DNA of 4,782 bases. It comes from a virus. Its lineage: Duplodnaviria > Heunggongvirae > Uroviricota > Caudoviricetes. The stretch spans positions 1 to 4,782 of the IMG/VR virus record IMGVR_UViG_2681813320_000019, one strand, 5' to 3'. The position numbers and the translations under genes are program-made. The first letter of the stretch is position 1; the number at the start of each line of letters is the position of its first letter. Below are positions 1-4,782 of this stretch, piece after piece. Below the pieces are notes generated by a model. The model did no database searches. It saw only the letters and a program-made list of their open reading frames with translations, and was not told the DNA's origin.

Positions 1-75
1 CAGTTATCCATGCTTCTTGAAGGTATCAACTGGAAGCACCCGAAACGAACGGAACGCGCTGGAATCCGCATATAA
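1..75 (+). CDS. tnpB: IS66-family accessory protein TnpB (orf2), 3' partial; last 24 codons only
   Basis: Frame 1 is open from the window edge to TAA at 73-75 and translates to QLSMLLEGINWKHPKRTERAGIRI*. It ends 19 nt before the IS66-type transposase start, which is the tnpB-tnpC arrangement of IS66-family elements. The identification rests mainly on this context and on recall of TnpB C-termini; the 5' end lies outside the window. Confidence 0.65.
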   Translation, partial: QLSMLLEGINWKHPKRTERAGIRI

Positions 76-94
76 CCCGTTGTAAAGTGAGGAT

Positions 95-1666
95 ATGGAC
101 ACCTCACTTGCTCATGAGAACGCCCGCCTGCGGGCACTGTTGCAGACGCAACAGGACACCATCCGCCAGATGGCTGAATACAACCGCCTGCTCTCACAGC
201 GGGTGGCGGCTTATGCTTCCGAAATCAACCGGCTGAAGGCGCTGGTTGCGAAACTGCAACGTATGCAGTTCGGTAAAAGCTCAGAAAAACTTCGTGCAAA
301 AACCGAACGGCAGATACAGGAAGCACAGGAGCGAATCAGCGCACTTCAGGAAGAAATGGCGGAAACGCTGGGTGAGCAATATGACCCGGTACTGCCATCC
401 GCCCTGCGCCAGTCTTCAGCCCGTAAACCGTTACCGGCCTCACTTCCCCGTGAAACCCGGGTTATCCGGCCGGAAGAGGAATGCTGTCCTGCCTGTGGTG
501 GTGAACTCAGTTCTCTGGGATGTGATGTGTCAGAGCAACTGGAGCTTATCAGCAGCGCCTTTAAGGTTATCGAAACACAACGTCCGAAACTGGCCTGTTG
601 CCGGTGCGACCATATCGTGCAGGCACCAGTACCTTCAAAACCCATTGCACGCAGTTATGCCGGAGCGGGGCTTCTGGCCCATGTTGTCACCGGGAAATAT
701 GCAGACCATCTGCCGTTATACCGCCAGTCAGAAATATACCGTCGTCAGGGAGTGGAGCTGAGCCGTGCCACACTGGGGCGCTGGACAGGTGCTGTTGCTG
801 AACTGCTGGAGCCGCTGTATGACGTCCTGCGCCAGTATGTGCTGATGCCCGGTAAAGTCCATGCTGATGATATCCCCGTCCCGGTCCAGGAGCCGGGCAG
901 CGGTAAAACCCGGACAGCCCGGCTGTGGGTCTACGTCCGTGATGACCGTAACGCCGGTTCACAGATGCCCCCGGCGGTCTGGTTCGCGTACAGTCCGGAC
1001 CGGAAAGGTATCCATCCACAAAATCACCTGGCCGGTTACAGCGGTGTGCTTCAGGCCGATGCTTACGGTGGTTACCGGGCGTTATACGAATCCGGCAGAA
1101 TAACGGAAGCCGCGTGTATGGCTCATGCCCGGAGAAAAATCCACGATGTGCATGCAAGAGCGCCCACCTACATCACCACGGAAGCCCTGCAGCGTATCGG
1201 TGAACTGTATGCCATCGAGGCAGAGGTCCGGGGCTGTTCAGCAGAACAGCGTCTGGCGGCAAGAAAAGCCAGAGCCGCGCCACTGATGCAGTCACTGTAT
1301 GACTGGATACAGCAACAGATGAAAACACTGTCGCGTCACTCAGATACGGCAAAAGCGTTCGCATACCTGCTGAAACAGTGGGATGCACTGAACGTGTACT
1401 GCAGTAATGGCTGGGTGGAAATCGACAACAACATCGCAGAGAACGCCTTACGGGGAGTGGCCGTAGGCCGGAAAAACTGGCTGTTCGCGGGTTCCGACAG
1501 CGGTGGTGAACATGCGGCGGTGTTGTACTCGCTGATCGGCACATGCCGTCTGAACAATGTGGAGCCAGAAAAGTGGCTGCGTTACGTCATTGAACATATC
1601 CAGGACTGGCCGGCAAACCGGGTACGCGATCTGTTGCCCTGGAAAGTTGATCTGAGCTCTCAGTAA
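95..1666 (+). CDS. tnpC: IS66-family transposase (TnpC/orf3 type), complete, 523 aa
   Basis: Uninterrupted 1572-nt ORF with ATG at 95 preceded by a purine-rich GTGAGGA at 87-93. The N-terminus is leucine-rich and coiled-coil-like ([47 protein letters not shown]). Paired CxxC motifs (ECCPACGG ... CCRCDH) form a zinc-finger-like segment, and an acidic-residue-rich catalytic core follows. Length and these motifs match IS66-family transposases (ISEc8-like) as I recall them. Confidence 0.93.
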   Translation: MDTSLAHENARLRALLQTQQDTIRQMAEYNRLLSQRVAAYASEINRLKALVAKLQRMQFGKSSEKLRAKTERQIQEAQERISALQEEMAETLGEQYDPVLPSALRQSSARKPLPASLPRETRVIRPEEECCPACGGELSSLGCDVSEQLELISSAFKVIETQRPKLACCRCDHIVQAPVPSKPIARSYAGAGLLAHVVTGKYADHLPLYRQSEIYRRQGVELSRATLGRWTGAVAELLEPLYDVLRQYVLMPGKVHADDIPVPVQEPGSGKTRTARLWVYVRDDRNAGSQMPPAVWFAYSPDRKGIHPQNHLAGYSGVLQADAYGGYRALYESGRITEAACMAHARRKIHDVHARAPTYITTEALQRIGELYAIEAEVRGCSAEQRLAARKARAAPLMQSLYDWIQQQMKTLSRHSDTAKAFAYLLKQWDALNVYCSNGWVEIDNNIAENALRGVAVGRKNWLFAGSDSGGEHAAVLYSLIGTCRLNNVEPEKWLRYVIEHIQDWPANRVRDLLPWKVDLSSQ

Positions 1667-1696
1667 ATATCAATACGGTTCTGACGAGTCGCTTAC
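1667..1696. repeat. Putative right terminal inverted repeat (IRR) of the IS66-family element
   Basis: Segment atatcaatacggttctgacgagtcgcttac ends in CGCTTAC, the reverse complement of the GTAAGCG terminus typical of IS66-family IRs. The matching IRL is outside the window, so the pairing cannot be confirmed. Confidence 0.35.
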
Positions 1697-1771
1697 GCAC
1701 ATCCTCCCTCTCTGAGTTAATGTTTTTGTCGTGACATAAGAATAATTCCTTACACTCAATCTTCGTAACGC

Positions 1772-1809
1772 TCCCGCAGTTCCTGTCCGTGAGCACTGCG
1801 GGATTTTTT
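1772..1809 (+). terminator. Intrinsic-terminator-like hairpin plus T-tract, plus-strand orientation
   Basis: A 9-bp GC-rich stem (tcccgcagt at 1772-1780 pairing with actgcggga at 1795-1803) encloses a 14-nt loop and is followed directly by TTTTTT at 1804-1809. On the minus strand the stem is preceded, not followed, by the A/T run, so it is unidirectional. Confidence 0.4.
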
Positions 1810-1814
1810 CGCTT

Positions 1815-2495
1815 TTATGCCTGCCGCCCGATAACCACCACCTTCCCGTCACCGCCTTCATCACGGGTACTGATGTCCTGGGATATACGGCGGGAGCCAA
1901 CCAGCATTTCCCCGTAAGGCACCGGCATCGGGTTCCCCTGGGCAATCATGTTATCCAGCGAGGAAAAGTACGTGTTCTGTCTGCCGTTATCCGTTGCGCG
2001 GTAATCCGGTGTTTTTGCCTTCGGGGCCAGCATCTGGGCCACACCGCCCAGAATCATGCTGGCTCCAAGTGAAAACAGCATCGTGGTGGCAGAAAAACCA
2101 CCGGCTGCCAGGGCTGAACCCCATAACGCCATTGATGCCCCGGCAGTGAAGAAAGAGCCCACGATGGCTGCCGCCCCCAGCACAATCTGCAGTCCACCCT
2201 TTCCGGCCCCGGCCAGTCGCGGCACAATGTGGATGACCGTTCCCTCACCCAGCTGTTCGTGAAGACGGGCGTACACCGCCTCCGGTGCCGTGTCCTCACC
2301 GCGAATACGTATCTGGTACCAGCCTTCGTTCATCTGACGGCGGAATCCCGGCATCTGCATCGACAGGGCACGAATGGCTTCCGCTGCCGTGTTCACATAC
2401 AGGCTGAGGCGGCGGCCAAATCGTTGTAAATCCCCGTGAAGGCAGATGCGTGCCAGTGGCGGTGACGCCAGACAGAATGCGTTCGTCGTTGCCAT
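1815..2495 (-). CDS. I: Lambda gpI-like tail tip assembly protein I, 226 aa
   Basis: ATG at 2495-2493, TAA at 1817-1815. Recognisable gpI segments include ARICLHGDLQRFGRR near the N-terminus, a central Gly/Ala-rich hydrophobic stretch, and the C-terminal NTYFSSLDNMIAQGN ... YGEM.VGSR ... VVVIGR. The start lies 103 nt inside the upstream K gene in another frame, as in lambda K/I. Confidence 0.9.
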   Translation of the reverse strand: MATTNAFCLASPPLARICLHGDLQRFGRRLSLYVNTAAEAIRALSMQMPGFRRQMNEGWYQIRIRGEDTAPEAVYARLHEQLGEGTVIHIVPRLAGAGKGGLQIVLGAAAIVGSFFTAGASMALWGSALAAGGFSATTMLFSLGASMILGGVAQMLAPKAKTPDYRATDNGRQNTYFSSLDNMIAQGNPMPVPYGEMLVGSRRISQDISTRDEGGDGKVVVIGRQA

Positions 2496-3136
2496 TTTTC
2501 GGAATACCTCTCCCGTTTACTCAGTTGTTCAGGCAGATGGTGAAGCAGCTCACCGTTGCCGCAGTATATGGCGGCATGATTGGCCACCGATGCGCCAAAG
2601 CAGCACAGCAGGATATCGCCCGCCTGTGCAGAGGACAGGGGCACCCGGTAAAAGCCGGTGACCGCCATATTGTCCAGGTACAGGTTCTGACCATTGCGCC
2701 ACCAGTCATCCTCACGCTCAAAATCCGGCATATCAATTCCCGCCAGATGGTATGCATCCCGGAACAGCGTGTAACAGTCCGTCACCCCGTGCTCAAAGAG
2801 CCGTCCTGTCAGATGTGGCACACAGCGGAATTTATGAATGTCCCCCCGGCAGACCAGCCACCAGGACAGTGCACTTTTTATCTGCAGCCGCCGGTCGGCC
2901 TCGCTCAGCCAGGGCAGACCACCGGGATGACTGTGGACCAGTGCCACAATCTCCCCCTGCATCTCTGCCCGCAGCCAGTCTTCCGGTGCAATACGAAAAT
3001 ACGCCTCCGGCTCTGCAGAGATATTCACACAAGGGATATACCGCTCCCCCTCCGGCGTTCTCACCACGAAGCCGCACGACTCCGCAGGCACACACCGCCG
3101 GGTGTGTGCCAGAATCACTGATTCTGTCTGTGTCAT
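2393..3136 (-). CDS. K: Lambda gpK-like tail tip assembly protein K (MPN/JAMM plus NlpC/P60 type), 247 aa
   Basis: ATG at 3136-3134, 5 nt after the L stop. Contains a JAMM-like motif (HSHPGGLPWLSEAD, i.e. HxH-x7-S-xx-D, with upstream Glu residues) and an NlpC/P60-like Cys/His set (GVTDCYTLF ... ANHAAIY ... LLHH). Position between L and I matches lambda gene order. Confidence 0.9.
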   Translation of the reverse strand: MTQTESVILAHTRRCVPAESCGFVVRTPEGERYIPCVNISAEPEAYFRIAPEDWLRAEMQGEIVALVHSHPGGLPWLSEADRRLQIKSALSWWLVCRGDIHKFRCVPHLTGRLFEHGVTDCYTLFRDAYHLAGIDMPDFEREDDWWRNGQNLYLDNMAVTGFYRVPLSSAQAGDILLCCFGASVANHAAIYCGNGELLHHLPEQLSKRERYSEKWQRRTHSVWRHRHWHASAFTGIYNDLAAASACM

Positions 3137-3141
3137 TGGAT

Positions 3142-3840
3142 TTACTGCGAAAGTTTGTTAATGGAAAGGAAACCGCCAAAATTAGCCACCATGCCGCGCA
3201 TCTCACACCCGCGCATGCACTTGCTGCATCTGTCCTTACGGATATCGGTGGTGGGTTTATCGAACTCATCCGCCACAGCCCCGCCCGTGTAACCACACTC
3301 ATCAGAGCGGTAGGTCCACATACAGGTGTTCGCCAGCATGATGCGACCGGGAAACAGCGCCCCGTCCGTCTCGGTCGGTGTGGCCAGCACAAACGAGGCC
3401 GTCATGGCCGTCAGCGATGACATCTGCTCCACCACCCACCGGTCAGTCAGCTCCTGCTCCGGGTCGGCCTCCGGATTGCCTGCCACAAAATTCACCGCAT
3501 CCAGAAAACGGGCATACACCCGGCGGCGGACCACCGTGGCCCCCACCAGGCTCTGCAGGTCCTCCGCCATTCCGGTGACAAGACCAAACAGATTGGACAC
3601 CGTCAGCGACGGTCTGGCACTGCTGCCCTTCCCGTTCATCTCAAAGCCGCTGCCGTCAATCGGGTACGCCTGATATTCACGCCCCTGCCAGGTGACCGGC
3701 TCCCCTTTTTCATTCAGTTCATTGCAGAAAAAATAGCGCTCACCGCCCTGCACCGTCAGGTCGATTTCCCAGAGTACCACACGCGGTGACTGCTCTGACT
3801 TAACCGACTCGTTCAGGCTTTCTTCGTGAATATCCTGCAT
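3142..3840 (-). CDS. L: Lambda gpL-like minor tail protein L, 232 aa
   Basis: Start chosen at the internal ATG (3840-3838) that gives MQDIHEESLNE..., the lambda-like N-terminus. It has an AGGTGGTGA Shine-Dalgarno about 6 nt upstream and overlaps the M stop by 1 nt (TGATG). The longer ORF from 3867 would overlap M by 28 nt and is less likely. Conserved gpL segments include VVLWEIDLT, GGERYFFCNE.NEKGEPVTWQGR.YQ, VRRRVYARFLDAVNF, FPGRIMLANTC.WTYR.DECGY, and the C-terminal Cys cluster ending NFGGFLSINKLSQ. Confidence 0.9.
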   Translation of the reverse strand: MQDIHEESLNESVKSEQSPRVVLWEIDLTVQGGERYFFCNELNEKGEPVTWQGREYQAYPIDGSGFEMNGKGSSARPSLTVSNLFGLVTGMAEDLQSLVGATVVRRRVYARFLDAVNFVAGNPEADPEQELTDRWVVEQMSSLTAMTASFVLATPTETDGALFPGRIMLANTCMWTYRSDECGYTGGAVADEFDKPTTDIRKDRCSKCMRGCEMRGMVANFGGFLSINKLSQ

Positions 3841-4181
3841 CAGTTCACCACCTGCTCTATCGTGCAACTGAAATCACTGTACCGGGCATTATCCGTGACA
3901 CTCCACTCACGGCACACAACCCTCACCGTCCGGTTATGTTTCGGCGGTCGCCACAAAAAGGCACGGTAACCACCATGCCACGATAAAAACTCTTCCAGCC
4001 AGCGCCGGGTTGACTCATCCGTCACCCGGAACACCGCCTGAAACGTCTTCAGTTGAGGATTCAGCCCTGTGGGGCGACGCTGTTCATAACCGTCACCAAA
4101 CCGCACCCTCGCCACCGACGGTTTCTCACTCACCTGCATCCCTTCACGCGGGACCAGATGCAGCGTTTTTATCTCAGCCAC
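3840..4181 (-). CDS. M: Lambda gpM-like minor tail protein M, 113 aa
   Basis: ORF with a GTG start at 4181-4179 and GGAGG about 8 nt upstream; the start overlaps the last 8 nt of H. Contains VRFGDGY, FLW.PP and the C-terminal EQVVN that I recall from lambda gpM. The exact start codon is less certain than the gene identity. Confidence 0.85.
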   Translation of the reverse strand: MAEIKTLHLVPREGMQVSEKPSVARVRFGDGYEQRRPTGLNPQLKTFQAVFRVTDESTRRWLEEFLSWHGGYRAFLWRPPKHNRTVRVVCREWSVTDNARYSDFSCTIEQVVN

Positions 4182-4782
4182 TCAGCATTCCTCCGTCACG
4201 TCGCATGGACAGCATCACCGCCTGCACCCGCTGGTCAATCAGCTGCACAAGACTGCCTGCCGCCTCCGGCCCTATCTGGCCATTAGTCCCGTCATTCTGA
4301 ATGGCGATATGGTAGACCGGGGAATACACCAGACCCGCACTGCCGTACATACTACCCACCGCGCGCACACCCAGCGAGCCATCCGCCGCCCGCGTCAGAG
4401 GCATAATGGCTTCAGGTCCGGCCTCCCCCATCAGTCCCGCCCCTTTTGCAAAGGCAAAGTACGTGGGCGTATCCACAATACTGTTGCTGTACGCACTCAG
4501 GTTTGCCGAGGTATACACGCCGCCTTTTGCATTGGCCACCGCCCCGCCCAGCCAGTCACCAATGCTGCCGAGAAATCCTCCCGCACCGGACATACCGTTT
4601 GCCGCCGTCTTAATTCCGTTGACAATCGCGGCATTCATAAGAACTTTTGATATTTCCTGCAGGATTGATGCAGCCCAGCTGCGCCATTCCACTTTGTTTC
4701 CGTTCAGCATCTCCGTGATGTTATTCACCATCCCTGAGATACCCTCCGTCGCAAGCTGTGCTGCCTGTGAGGCGTAATCGGA
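4174..4782 (-). CDS. H: Lambda gpH-like tail tape measure protein, C-terminal part (5' end outside window)
   Basis: The minus-strand frame is open from the window edge (4782) to TGA at 4176-4174; codons 4782-4732 read SDYASQAAQLATEGISG with no stop before the listed ORF. It sits immediately upstream of M with overlap, as H does in lambda. The Gly/Ala-rich C-terminal sequence is consistent with tape-measure C-termini. Identity rests mostly on synteny and general resemblance. Confidence 0.8.
   Translation of the reverse strand, partial: SDYASQAAQLATEGISGMVNNITEMLNGNKVEWRSWAASILQEISKVLMNAAIVNGIKTAANGMSGAGGFLGSIGDWLGGAVANAKGGVYTSANLSAYSNSIVDTPTYFAFAKGAGLMGEAGPEAIMPLTRAADGSLGVRAVGSMYGSAGLVYSPVYHIAIQNDGTNGQIGPEAAGSLVQLIDQRVQAVMLSMRRDGGMLSG

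Larger units (their letters stand above)
1..1696 (+). mobile_element. IS66-family insertion sequence, right-hand portion (left end outside window); right boundary approximate
   Basis: Contains the tnpB 3' end and tnpC in canonical order. IS66-family terminal inverted repeats are reported to begin 5'-GTAA (often GTAAGCG); the complement CGCTTAC occurs at 1690-1696, 30 bp after the tnpC stop. This is consistent with the short distance between tnpC and the right end in this family. The exact boundary is unverified. Confidence 0.8.

Noticed and set aside
246-1157. Several ORFs inside the transposase gene in other frames or antisense (246-761 +, 346-645 -, 598-801 +, 687-1157 -, 861-1103 +)
   Set aside because: They lie entirely within the well-supported 523-aa tnpC frame, have Arg/Ser/Pro/Cys-rich low-complexity translations typical of off-frame reads of GC-rich coding DNA, and have no recognisable motifs.
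1173-1557. Antisense ORFs 1173-1544 and 1336-1557 on the minus strand
   Set aside because: They are antisense to the 3' part of tnpC, with no ribosome-binding site and no family resemblance; shadow ORFs.
1697-1712. Possible J start codon: minus-strand ATG at 1702-1700 directly preceded by GAGAGGGAGG
   Set aside because: The Shine-Dalgarno-like purine run abuts the ATG with essentially no spacer, and the downstream codons run straight into the putative IS terminus. Not enough to call a truncated J start without comparison to related phages.
1587-1945. Minus-strand ORFs 1587-1796 and 1670-1945 spanning the IS/prophage junction and the 3' end of gene I
   Set aside because: They run out of frame through the end of I, the terminator-like hairpin and the putative IS terminus into tnpC antisense. 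Junction-spanning chance frames are not plausible genes.
2054-2429. Short ORFs inside gene I (2054-2299 -, 2056-2262 +, 2229-2429 +)
   Set aside because: Nested within or antisense to the gpI coding frame; no start signals or motifs.
2446-3420. Long plus-strand ORFs 2450-3121 (223 aa) and 2752-3420 (222 aa), plus 2446-2661 + and 2521-2757 -
   Set aside because: Antisense or off-frame to the K and L genes, which have clear homology on the minus strand. The translations are Arg/Pro/His-rich with no domain signatures. Long antisense open frames are common opposite GC-rich coding sequence.
2832-3673. ORFs 2832-3392 (-), 3326-3673 (+) and 3378-3578 (+) within the L/K region
   Set aside because: Out of frame or antisense relative to L and K; Pro/Gly/Ala-rich translations without motifs.
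3142-3867. Longer form of L starting at 3867 (241 aa, MHDRAGGEL...)
   Set aside because: It would overlap the M gene by 28 nt and add 9 residues absent from the lambda-like N-terminus; the ATG at 3840 has a good Shine-Dalgarno and a 1-nt stop/start overlap.
4010-4777. Plus-strand ORFs 4010-4300, 4053-4286, 4309-4650 and 4406-4777 opposite M and H
   Set aside because: Antisense to well-supported tail genes; low-complexity translations; no start signals.
1-4782. Search for CRISPR repeats, tRNA/rRNA genes, toxin-antitoxin pairs or unassigned defence-like ORFs
   Set aside because: No regularly spaced direct repeats and no tRNA-like cloverleaf candidates were noticed. All coding capacity is accounted for by the IS66 genes and the H-M-L-K-I tail module, leaving no unexplained ORF to attribute to a novel system.

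Overview
The window holds two well-known kinds of element and nothing I can support as a novel system. (1) Plus strand, 1 to about 1696: the right-hand part of an IS66-family insertion sequence, with the last 24 codons of the accessory gene tnpB, a 19-nt spacer, the complete 523-aa transposase (tnpC/orf3 type), and a probable right terminal inverted repeat ending in CGCTTAC. The left end of the IS lies beyond the window. (2) Minus strand, 1815 to 4782: a lambdoid prophage tail-tip assembly module in lambda gene order, H (tape measure, C-terminal part only), M, L, K, I, with tight lambda-like overlaps. The host-specificity gene J that normally follows I is not present; the IS sits where J should be, about 118 bp past the I stop codon. 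This suggests IS insertion into a prophage tail region, possibly leaving a defective prophage. Every long ORF is accounted for by these genes; the remaining ORFs in the track are out-of-frame or antisense shadows. All homology calls come from reading the translated sequence against remembered lambda and IS66 proteins, with no database search run. The host is probably an enterobacterium (E. coli/Shigella-like), by inference only.
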